From Octopus bimaculoides (taxonomy: Eukaryota), in contig NC_068981.1 in the NCBI RefSeq assembly GCF_001194135.2, positions 65,187,795-65,251,794 of the forward strand: a stretch of 64,000 nt of DNA, in the 5' to 3' direction. Below are positions 1-12,400 of this stretch, piece after piece; within the stretch, counting starts at the first letter, position 1; each line of letters opens with the position of its first letter. The notes under the pieces were generated by a model that worked only from the letters and a program-made list of their open reading frames with translations, made no database searches and had not been told where the DNA came from. Made by a program: the position numbers and the translations under genes.

Positions 1-77
1 ATATTATTTGCATTAATAATAATAATTACATCAAAAAATACCTTAGAAATGAAAACCCTGATTCCAACTTTCCCCAA

Positions 78-123
78 GACACCTGATGAAGGTTGGAGGG
101 TATATCAGCTGAAACATTGTGTT
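78..123 (+). ncRNA. Minimal type-I hammerhead ribozyme motif (decayed; Penelope pLTR-like)
   Basis: GACAC-CTGATGA-A-GGTTG(10 nt)CAGCT-GAAAC-ATT-GTGTT; stem I GACAC/GTGTT; cleavage triplet ATT where GTH is expected. Confidence 0.55.
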
Positions 124-318
124 AACAACAATGAGGACAAATATCCGTCAAATGTAAATAACATAAATAATGTATGTAATTCCTCATGTCTTAAGTATAG
201 AACTGTATTATATATATATAATATATATATGTGTGTGTGTGTGTGTGTGTATAAAGAATAAGGAGAAAATGGAGAAGTAGTTAATAAAATTATTTATTAA
301 TTATAAAATATGACAGCA

Positions 319-404
319 TCTCTGGCAGCTGTTTCGATTCGGAAATCTTTAGATAATTAATTTATAAAATTAAAATCATTATAAGATGAATCTCTTCAGA
401 TATA
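319..404 (-). ncRNA. Hammerhead ribozyme motif remnant
   Basis: Minus strand: CTGAAGA-GATTC...GAATC-GAAAC-AGCT-GCC; canonical core and 5-bp stem II; triplet GCC; stem I poor. Confidence 0.55.
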
Positions 405-1051
405 GTAAGGATATACCAATTAGAAATACATGTTGAGATAACTGCTATGAAACTATTAATGGTGGTGGTGGTGGTGGCGGTGATGATGATCCTTTGTACA
501 GCACTATTACCTGCCGAGACTATTTTATAGTCTCACACAGATGCTGCCATCAAGAGGAATTCTTGAGTGACTAGACACGGTCATTCGCGTAGGGGCTAGG
601 AGGATTATTCATCTCCCGGATACCACTTCCTCTTCCTTTTTGTATAGCAGCCAGTGTGATGGTGGATTAAGTCTTCACCAGATAGTGAGACTGATCCCTA
701 AGTGTGTCATCCGCCATAATCTGCACCTGCTGACATCGGGTTACGTCTCCATTAGAAAAATTGTTGATTGTGCAGGACTAGCCGAACAGAATCAGCAATT
801 AGTAACATCCTACGATTTGCTCAATAGATGTTTGTGTATATGTTTGTGTGCATATGTGTATGCATGAGTGCACATATGCACATGTACACACACACACACA
901 CACACACACGCAGATGTACATACATATGCATTTCTTCAATAGATTCAATGCTAACATTGACAGCCACTGTTCTTTTCTAATCATAATGAATAATTATTAA
1001 TCATTACAAGCATCATTTATTTATACTTCCTATCTGCTACCTTTATTGCAG

Positions 1052-1138
1052 GATCGTGCTGACTTTCTGGTAACAAATCCAAAGACCGTTTACAAAAATA
1101 ACAGACCTCTATACACACGATATGAGATCATCACTAAC
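1052..1138 (+). CDS. SNX10/11-like exon (PX beta strands)
   Basis: ctttattgcag|GATCGT...ACTAAC|gtaggt; 87 bp, phase 0/0; DRADFLVTNPKTVYKNNRPLYTRYEIITN. Confidence 0.8.
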
Positions 1139-4100
1139 GTAGGTGTTAGTATTTTGTAGATTTATTTTACTTTCTCTTATGCTTTTCACTTTTCTACCTT
1201 TACAGTTTTTCATCATCATCATCACCATCATCATTTAACATCCACTTTCCTCGCTGGCATGGGTTAGCTGGTTTGACTGAAACTGGTAAGCCAGAGAGCT
1301 GCATCAGGTTCCAGTCTGATGTGGCATAGTTTCCAGAACTGGATGTCCTTCCTAATGCCAACCACTCCGAGAGCGTAACGGGTGCTTTTTCTTAAAAGAA
1401 AAACATATCTGGTGCTGGTACTCTCTGTAAAGTGGTTGGCACAAAGAAGGGCATCCAGCCATAGAAACTTTTCTGAAGCAGACAGTAGAGCTTAGTACAG
1501 TGCTCTATCTTGCCACATCCTATCAAAATAGCCAACTCACGCCAGTATGGAAAATGAATGATACATTTATATTCTCCTCTCCTACCATGATCTCTACCCA
1601 TTCTGGTTGAATATTCCATGTGTCAACATATACAATAATGTAAACTTTCTTTTAATCAAGATATCCTTGGCCTGAAGAGTAGCCTGCAGTATACACCTCA
1701 CTTGAGTAGTTACCACTTCCGAGGTTCCACTCGTTATAAAACATATGTAGCCTAGGTCTTATCAACTCCATTCTTTAACTCTTGTATTCTTATGCATACA
1801 CTTGGCAACCCTGGTTGCCTACCATGAAATATAAAAAGAACTTTTTTCAATTTATTGTACTTTGATAAGAAAAAAGTTCACAACTTTCCATCGCAATAAA
1901 CCACTATTGTCCCTGGAAGTTGGTTTTTATATTTACTACAGATTACTTGAAGCTAACTTTCTTCCTAAGCCTCGATCCTTGGATCTTATGTACAGGGGTT
2001 GGACAAAATAATGGAAACACTTTAGAATTTCAAACAAATTTATTTTAACTCTGGTCCCTCTCTCCTTGACCAGCCTAACTCCCCCCCTCCACCACCCCAC
2101 TCTATATAAACTAGCTCATTCGGATTCCACTACTTCATTTTAACCACTCCGCCAAAAGAATACAAATCCAGAAGATGTTCAGATAAGAAATCTTGTTTTT
2201 TTTTTTTTCAACTTCGTACATCTAATACCTCTCTTTCTGTGCAGATCATAATCCCCTTATTAGTTCTTTTCATTATTCAATCTACTTCATTACCTATGTA
2301 AACATAGTTTAAACTTGTCTTCTATGCTGTTATGTTTTAAAAACAAACTTAAGTTCTTTTCACACACATTTACTATCATCACTTATTCATTAATTTAATT
2401 TTGTCACATCATCACTTATATCTCTAATTTTGTCACAGATTGGCTGACTGAAAATTCTAAGATTTTTCAATTATATTTCACTATTATCATCATTTGCTGT
2501 TTCATTAAATCATGTTACCCCAAATCCCAAAAGAATATTTTTCTCCCTCGTGTTCTATCCTTGACCAGCCTAACTCTGGTCCCTCTCTCTGTCTCTCACT
2601 GTCTCTCTCTCTGTCTCTCTCTCTCTGTCTCTCTCTGTCTCTCTCTCTCTGTCTCTCTCTGTTTCGATAACCAGATGTTCTTCTCTAATTTTGCTATTTC
2701 ATAGTACGCCTGCACTCCCACCCCCACCACCTGTACCGGAAGTCCCTATCCTCTGACATCTTTTGGTTGTCTCCCATGAACACTTCTAAAGGCTTAACGC
2801 CATCCCCACCCCTACTTAGGGTTTATCTCCTATGTAAGGTAGTGATCATGTAGCGCATAAAAATGATGGTGTAGTGTATGCAGGTTGAAGGCTATTGTTT
2901 GTTTATGAAATCTGCCAAATGCAAGCTTTCTTTTCTGGTACATGACGCTGCTGTCCCCCATCCCAGGGTCTCATGGGCCCACACCTCCCAGCACCCTCAT
3001 CGTTGGCACACTGAAAGGCAAGTCTGGTGAGATTATTGAGATGCATAAACAGAGACATATAGATTTGTGCTGCATCCAAGAAGTAAGGTGGAGAAGAGGT
3101 TCTGCTAGGTTCCTCACAGGAAAAGAACATAGGTACAAGATTTTCTGGGCAGGGAACACTGACGGAGTCGGGGGCATTGATATACTTCTTGCAGAGAAAT
3201 GGGTTGATAAGGTAATCGAGGTAGTCAGAGTCTGCGATAGAATACTTAAGATTAGATTAGTGCTACATCATGGGTTAGCAACCATTATCTCGGCCTATGC
3301 CCCTCAGCCGGGGCTACCTGATGGACAGAAAGACCAATTTTATGACACCCTCTTGCTGACTACCTCATTAACTAATGACAAGGACCTTCTCTTTGTGGCT
3401 GGTGACTTCAATGGACATGTTGGACAACATGTAGGGGGCTTCCATGGCATACATGGAGGCTATGGTTTTGGTTCCCACAATGATAAGGGAACCAGGCTGC
3501 TGGAGTTCTGAGATGCAAATGATCTTATGGTTTGCAATACAAACTTCAGGAGGGACCAGTTTTCCGAATTAACAGTACCTTGGTAGATAAAGTAATTAAG
3601 GGTATGAAGACAGGGAAAGCCCCCGGCCTATAAGGAATCACCACAGAGATGTTCAAAATATCTGGCAGTGTTGACTATAGCCTAGTCACCTGTATAGTTA
3701 ACCAAGTGAGACTATAACTCATGGCCTATGCCAGTGGTGTATAACCAGTCCACTTATGAGTACCTTTCATTCATGGGACATTAAACTTTGCTTGCGAAGA
3801 CCTGCTGAGGCAAGTGAAATCAAAATCACTGACATGGCCGATGACAGTACCGCCTAATTGGCACTCATGCCAGTGGAACGTTAAAAGCACCATTCGAGCG
3901 TGATCATTGCAGGGTCACTGACTGGCTCCTGTGCCGGTGGCATGTAAAAAGCACTGTTTGAGCATGATCGTTGTCAGCGTCATCTTACTGGCACATGTGC
4001 TGGTGGCACATGAAAAACAACATTCAAGTGTGATCGTTGCCAGTGCTGCTGGACTGGCTCCCGTGCAGGTGGCACATAAAAAACACTTTTTGAGCATGGT

Positions 4101-5517
4101 CGTTGCCAGTACTGCCTGACTGGCCCTCATGCCGGTAGCACGTAAAAGCACCCACTACACTCTTGGAGTGGTTGGCGTTAGGAAGGGCATCCAGCTGTAG
4201 AAACTTTGCCAGATGAGATTGGAGCCTGGTGCAGCCTTCTGGCTCGCCAGTCCTCAGTCAAACTGTCCAACCCATGTCAGTTTGGAAAGCGGGCATTAAA
4301 CGACGATGATGATGATAATGGTGGGTAGGACCACTTTTGGCAGTACTTACAGCTTGAATTCTATGAGGTATGGACTCATACAAAGTTTGAATTGTTTCCA
4401 AAGGAATTTTTGTCCATTCATCAGCTAAAACAGTCTCCAGTTCTTGTAGTGATGATGGTGGAGGATATCGACTCCTTACATGTTTTTCTAAAATGCACCA
4501 TGAATGTTCAACAATATTGAGATCTGGGGACTGTGGTGGCCAGATAAGAAGTTCAACTTCACTAGAATGTTCCTTGTGCCATTCAGTGACAACTTTAGCT
4601 GTGTTAATTAGTGCATTATCATCCTGAAAGATTGCGTTTTCCCCTGGAAACAGTTCTGCAACCACAGGATGAATTTGATCAGATAAAATTCTTAAATAGT
4701 CTTGACTATTAATTCTGCCATGAAGGGAAACCATTGGGCCAGCAGATTTCCAAGATATAGACCACCCCCACCCCGCCCCAGATCATCACAGATCCTCTTC
4801 CATGTTTCACAGTTGGAAGAAGGCGATTTGGGTCAAATGCTTCTTTTGACTGTCTTCACATGTATACCTGGCCAGTGGTTGGAAATAAGGTAAAGGATGA
4901 CTTGTCCAAGAAAGTAACATTTTTCCACTGCTCTAGGGACCAATTCTGTAGGTTTTTACTCCACTCTNNNNNNNNNNNNNNNNNNNNNNNNNNNNNNNNN
5001 NNNNNNNNNNNNNNNNNNNNNNNNNNNNNNNNNNNNNNNNNNNNNNNNNNNNNNNNNNNNNNNNNNNNNNNNNNNNNNNNNNNNNNNNNNNNNNNNNNNN
5101 NNNNNNNNNNNNNNNNNNNNNNNNNNNNNNNNNNNNNNNNNNNNNNNNNNNNNNNNNNNNNNNNNNNNNNNNNNNNNNNNNNNNNNNNNNNNNNNNNNNN
5201 NNNNNNNNNNNNNNNNNNNNNNNNNNNNNNNNNNNNNNNNNNNNNNNNNNNNNNNNNNNNNNNNNNNNNNNNNNNNNNNNNNNNNNNNNNNNNNNNNNNN
5301 NNNNNNNNNNNNNNNNNNNNNNNNNNNNNNNNNNNNNNNNNNNNNNNNNNNNNNNNNNNNNNNNNNNNNNNNNNNNNNNNNNNNNNNNNNNNNNNNNNNN
5401 NNNNNNNNNNNNNNNNNNNNNNNNNNNNNNNNNNNNNNNNNNNNNNNNNNNNNNNNNNNNNNNNNNNNNNNNNNNNNNNNNNNNNNNNNNNNNNNNNNNN
5501 NNNNNNNNNNNNNNNNN

Positions 5518-5582
<65 letters not shown>

Positions 5583-8500
5583 CATTTAACGTCTGTTTTC
5601 CATGCTGGCATGGTTTGGACAGTTTGACTGAAAATTGATCAGCTTGGTAGCTGCCCCAGGATCCAATTTGATTTGGCATAGTTTCTACACCCACTCCAAC
5701 CCACTCACAGATAGCCATCTCTGATAGCTGTGAGCAAGAATGTAGTCAGGGAACATCTTTACTGCAAAAATCAGACACATCCACTCAATATTTCGTCAGC
5801 CTTGACTACAGAAAATAATTTTATATACCAAGTTATATTTTGCCAAAGAGTGTCATGTATGTAACAATTTTTTTGTTGATATACGTCAAGTTTATTGAGG
5901 CAACATGACTTGCAGAAAATATCAATTTTATTTTTTGGTAGATGTTTAACATCATTACTGAAAATAACTATAAAATTTCACAGTTAAAGGGTTAAATAAA
6001 ATAACGTGGTTCTGGTTTCCCTTCACATAGGAAAAGACAAGGTCTTGTTATTTACTAGAACATGTGTTTTGATGCATAGAATTGGTAATATTACTTCAGA
6101 CTTTTGATAGATAGGGCTACTTAATCAGCTCTGACTTGAAGTTAAGCAACAATAACAAAAACTTGATGTACCACTGTTTTTCCCCCTTGTATTTTCTATC
6201 ATTTCAATAAACTATAAAAGTTGTACTCACTTTCCACTCTAACTCATTCAATGCAGTAGCCCTTTGCTTCCTTTCACTGTCCTTGTTGTATTTTAGTCTT
6301 ACTGAATCCTGATCTTACACCCTTCCTTCCAAGAACTGCAATTCTCAGGTATTCTCTTTCCAAGCATATTTTTCATGTGGGCATTAACTTACAGACGTTC
6401 AATCAAAACATCAACGACATCAAACTTCACAACCATAGGAAGCTTGCTCACTCTTTTCATTAACTTATAAAAGAGATAGCAGTTCTGTTACCTCTTTTGC
6501 TTAGTGCCCATAACCAACAAATACTTAACTCTCAAATGGCTCAGTCTACTTAGCTTTAAATAAGTACCACCAGGTAAGACTCACTTAGTAGAGTAAGCAA
6601 TCGCAATGCTATAAAGTTAGTATATGCTTCATTAGCATAAGCACTTTTGGTTTCTTATTTGTGTGTGTGTGTAATAAAAGAAGTTAATGGAGTGCCATAG
6701 CAGTGTGCTGTGAATTGAAAAGGTTGAAAATACCGTTAATGAAATACAAAGCAGATAGTTTCATGCTATTTCATACATTTTATTTTATATTTCCCAGAAT
6801 GCAAGTTCAGCTTTTCCTCTGAGGTCTTCAAGAGGAGTATATCGAAGTTTCAAGGAATTCAAGTGGCTTCGCAGAACTCTTCGTTGGGAGTATCTTACCT
6901 CGTATGCAAAACATTTAAATTGTTCTTTTTGTCTGGAGTTTTTAATGTATGTTGAAGAAATAGCTTTTGTTCTTGTGATTGTTGTTAAAGATGTTGTTGT
7001 TACTGGTGTTCTTGAAGTTTAACTCCAGATCAACCTTAATCAAATAAAACTATAACCAAAGACATTCCATTTATAGCCATCCCATCTTTTTAGGTTAATA
7101 TATAACTATATTACTCTTACTCTTTTACTCTTTTACTTGTTTCAGTCATTTGACTGTGGCCATGCTGGAGCACCGCCTTTAGTTGAGCAAATTGACCCCA
7201 GGTCTTATTCTTTGTAAGCCTAGTACTTATTCTATTGGTCACTTTTGCCGAACTGCTAAGTTACAGGGACGCAAACACACCACTATCAGTTGTCAAGCGA
7301 TGTTGGGGGGACAAACAGACGCACAAACATATACACATGCACACACACATATATATATATATATACATATATACGACGGGCTTCTTTCAGTTTCCGCCTA
7401 CCAAATCCACTCACAAGGCTTTGGTCAGCCCGAGGCTATAGTAGAAGTCACTTGCCCAAGGTGCCACACAGGGGAAATGAACCTGGAACCATGTGGTTGG
7501 TAAGCAAGCTACTTACCACACAGCCACTCCTGTCTAATGTGTCATTTCTTTATTTAAAATAGTATGGTGTGATATGTGGAGAATTTGACTCCTATTTCTA
7601 ACAAACCAAATGACCACGAAGAGGCTACTTCTTTGACTTATAATTAGAGATTTTAAAAGTATGTGCATGTGTTAGGGTGCATGTATTTCCATGTTCTTGC
7701 ATGTGTGTGCATATAAACGTATGTTTTACAGCTGTGATTGTGGTTGTTACAGTCAAAATATACCTAAACGTGTATGTGTGTGATTTGCTGTTATTGTTGT
7801 TGTTGTTTTTTAAAGGTTGCAAGCTGGCAGAATTGTTAGCATGCTGGACAAAGCGCTTAGTGACATTTCACCCATCTTTACATTCTGAGTTCAAATTCCA
7901 CCATGGTCAATTTTGCCTTTCATTCTTTCAAGCTCAATGAAATAAGTGCCAACTGAATATTGGGGCTGATGTAATTGACTAACCCCCTTCCCTCATAAAT
8001 TGCAGCCCATGTGCCTATTGTAGAAAGGATTGCTGTTGTTTAGTCCCAGATCAACCCTGAATGAAAAGACCAATCAATGATAATAATGTTGAGATATTTG
8101 TATAAGGTCAATGTTATATTTGTTGTTGTTTTTATTGTTGTTTAGTTCTTGAGACAGAATTGAAAGAGCAGAACTATGATTAAGGATCCTCCAGCCATGA
8201 CTATCCCAGTCTTGTTTTAGTCATTTGTATGATAGTATACCTAGAACTACATTATCCAGTTCTTATCAGCTGGTGTTCACTCAGCAGACTGGGTACAGAT
8301 GTGGCTGTGTGGTTAAGAAGTTTGCTTCACAGCCACAAGGTCATAGGTTCAATCCCAATACAAAGCATCATAAAGGAAAAAGCTCCTTCCTGAGTCATAG
8401 GAGCTGTGTTCACAGATTCTCCGACATGAATACTCCCTACTGAACAGAATAGCAGTCCATCACAGGAGTACTCGTTTTTGTCTACTGAGTGGACAAAAAG

Positions 8501-9386
8501 CAACATGAAATGAAGTGTTTTGCTCAAGAATACAATGCATTGCCTGGTCCAAGAATTGAAACCACAGTCCTACAATCATGTCCAACACCCTAATCAACAG
8601 CTTAACCACTCAGCCATGCACCTCCATACCTTCTGAGTGAAATTCAATGGATTCTTATTTAGAAATTAAATAGAAACCCATCAGGAGGAATGTAACTGTA
8701 ATTCAAAGGCACAGGCTGTGTGGCATTGATTCTGTCTGAGAATTGTTATAAGTACATGTGACATGTGACTGTGGAATACTCAGCCACTTACGAGTTAATT
8801 CAGGAGCAGGTAATTAAGTTGATCAATTAACTAAATCTTCATTATTGAATGACAGAGATCCACCACTACTGTTTGGGTTTCAATCCTACTGTGTGGCACC
8901 TTGAGCAAATATCTTCACCCACAGCTTTATGTTAAAGCTTTGAGAGTGAAATTTGGTTGATGGAATCTGCATCTAGATCCATCAGAGAAACCGTCTTAGT
9001 TCTTCTTATTCTTCTTAAATGCTAGGCTTGATCTTACTCCAGATTTAACTCCACCATCAAGCTTCTGGGTGCCTTTAGCAAACTCCATTCTGTTGAAAGT
9101 ACTGTGGAAAGGTTTCCTCTCTTCTGTCAATTCTCAGAGGCAAGTCCTCCAAGAGAAATCTTGCAATGTTTAATGGGTCTGCTTTCAGGCCACACCAAGA
9201 AATTCACTGGCTCTTTCTTCGATCTATAAGCTCTTCCTGGGCCATAAGTATCAGCTGAATCCCACTTGTCATAAGCCTTGCTTCAAGGCTTTGAAAAGGC
9301 CCTCCTATTCTAAATGATATATAAAAACAACACAAAAATCACAGCAATAGGGATTTTCTCTCACTCATCCTGTCTCTCTCTGTCTT

Positions 9387-9455
<69 letters not shown>

Positions 9456-12400
9456 NNNNNNNNNNNNNNNNNNNNNNNNNNNNNNNNNNNNNNNNNNNNN
9501 NNNNNNNNNNNNNNNNNNNNNNNNNNNNNNNNNNNNNNNNNNNNNNNNNNNNNNNNNNNNNNNNNNNNNNNNNNNNNNNNNNNNNNNNNNNNNNNNNNNN
9601 NNNNNNNNNNNNNNNNNNNNNNNNNNNNNNNNNNNNNNNNNNNNNNNNNNNNNNNNNNNNNNNNNNNNNNNNNNNNNNNNNNNNNNNNNNNNNNNNNNNN
9701 NNNNNNNNNNNNNNNNNNNNNNNNNNNNNNNNNNNNNNNNNNNNTATCGTCAGAAATGATTGCAGTATTTGTGGTGGTGGCATCAGCAGTGGTTGACGGT
9801 AGTGATGGTAGTGAGGGAGATAAGGTGAAAATAAGAAAGGTAGAAGAAAGGGAAATGGAGAGAGAGGAAAAAAATAAGAGAGGAAGTGCATGTGCATTTA
9901 GAAGTACAGTATACAGTTACAACTATATGAAACATCTCATTTAACAGCAATGTCATTCTCGGTTTAAACTTGTTGTTATTTACCCTAAATACTCGAGTAA
10001 TAGTCAATCTCATGTAAAAGTTGAACCCCTACTATTTCACGAACAACAGAACAACATTAGTGTAATGTTATTGAAGAATTATGATGTGAAACATGCCCAG
10101 TAGGTACCGGCTGTATGCATCGTGTTACAGTAGGTAGTGGTATGCCAGTACAGGGTAGATATATTACCGGTGATAATAGAGCATAATTATGAGATATAAA
10201 TTGATTTCATACAGCTAGTCTGTTAAGTTTGATGGATACAAATAAGAGAGAAAGTGTAAATATTTATAAGAGCTACACGGTCTTATTTATGGGTTTTGTT
10301 ATTTACTAAGACATGTGTTTTGATACATAGAATTGGCAATATTACTGTAATTCATTGTATTTTTGTTTTATTCGCTTAGAGACCAGATGGGCTTCTGCTG
10401 CTAATATGGTATTTCAGATTCTAACTTGAATTTCAGCCCCTCAGAAGTAGTATCCATATAATAATCAACCCCATAAAATTGACCTTAAAAAAATAGACTA
10501 AAAAATTCGACCTTTACATGAGTATATATGGTATCTTTTTATTTTATTATGCTTATTTTGTTTATTTGATATTTGTTTATTTCAGCAATATCCCTGTCCT
10601 TCCATCAAACTACTGGTTCAAAAGAAATTACAATCCAAGTGTTGTTGCTTCCAGACTGGTTCCACTAAAAAACTTCCTAAATGAGTAGGTTTAATGTAGT
10701 TTTTTTTCCCTTTGGTCTATATTGTAAAACTTTTAAGACTATTGGCTAAATGTGTTATATCATTTATTGATTGAGAGTGTCACATAGCTATCATACTATT
10801 TTTATATAAAGAGTAAAGATCCCCTTCAGAAATGAATGACCATGGAATTGCACCTTTGTGGCACAAGTGTAGACAAGGTTGCTTTATGGAAGACCAGCAG
10901 TCACCCATGCATACCAGCCTTCTCCATGCCACTGATGTTATCCAAGGGAAAGGCAAAGGCCAATACAGCTTGGCATCAGTGATATCGCAACTCATTTCTA
11001 CAGCTGAATGAACTGGAGCAACATGAAATAAAGTATTTTGCTCAAGAACACAACACACAGCCTGGTTTGGGAATCGAACTCATTACCTCATGATTGTGAG
11101 CTCGATGCTCTAAACACTGAGCCATGTGCCTTCACATTTTTATATAACTATCACATTATTGGTTATTAATGTTGTTATTTAACCCCAAGTCAACCCTGAT
11201 TAAGCAGATCTAGAATCAAAGATGTTTCAGCACCTACCATTCTAGCTTTTGCACATCTAGGGCTATATATTCCTTTTCTTTTTTTTTATACAGTAGGCTT
11301 TGAATTGAAATTGCTTTGGCTATAGATCAAGTAATCACACACAAGTTCCTTTGATGATTGTCATACTTTTCTCTCTCATCATGTGCCAGAGGCATTAGCA
11401 ATCATGGAGTTCCAAACCAAAGACTTAAAAGTCATGGTTTTCCTTTGGAAAAATACAGCAGTAGTTTCTCATTGCTTTCTTCTTGTTTATTTACAATTTA
11501 CTCCACAAGTTTCCTACTCACCTGAGATTATTCTTGAAGCACATGATCTATTGAACTCTTAGGCAGGGCAACTGGTTCACATGACCTAAGTCCATGTCTG
11601 CACACTTGTAGGTCTGTTTGGTACTTGTCTAGGTACCAGCTCTCCTCTGGATCCTGTATCCCTTAGCTACATGACCATCTTCTACTATTTGACCCATAAT
11701 CAGGGTGTTCTTGACTAGTATTACCACCCTGATCCAGAGCTGGCCAAAATTTTTGTTTTGTAAAATTTATTGAATAGATTTTTGTTGTCACAGACTACAA
11801 CTACTTATCTTTAAATTTATTGTTTTATTTTATTGTACTAACTAAAATCTATAAATACTAAGTTCAAGTATTGATAGAAAAAACAGAAATGAAACTGTAT
11901 TTGCAAAAATTGGCTTGAAAATACTTTGCAATTCAGTAGGATGTTGTTTATATCTTTACAGATGTATCAAAGACAAGAAAATAGTATCTGATGTGGCATT
12001 TCATTTGTTTGTCCAGTCCGATCTAACAATTCAAGATATCACCAGACAACGAAAGGGTCAAACTCATCATTCATATCTACCATGTCTTTGGAATTGTGGA
12101 GGAAAAATCCATAAAGATGAGTAAGTAGGATTTTAGATTCTTAATGCTAATTAAAAGTTCAGACTTGATTCTGTTGAAGACTTCAGGTATACGAAATTTC
12201 AGTCCAATTTTCATCTTTATTCAGTTTTTTCTTCTTTTTTTTTAGCCTGAGGTGTAGGATTGGGTAGTTGCTTGGGTAAATTAAGATGACGTGAAAATGG
12301 AATTTGAAATAAGTTACTAAAAAATGTTATAAAAGATGTCAAAACTAAAATTGATAACTGAGCTCACATTAAGATAACTATTTCAATTTAATTCAATTTA

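Noticed and set aside
3840-4150. Regularly spaced repeats resembling a CRISPR array (also 27650-27960, 31372-31700, 61100-61335)
   Set aside because: The units are degenerate tandem copies without unique spacers, lie within an RTE LINE 3'UTR, and the DNA is eukaryotic with no cas genes.
4860-5718. Long ORFs in the track spanning N-runs (also near 9.3-9.9, 23.3-23.7, 26.7-27.1 and 58.0-58.7 kb)
   Set aside because: Artefacts of assembly gaps and microsatellites.
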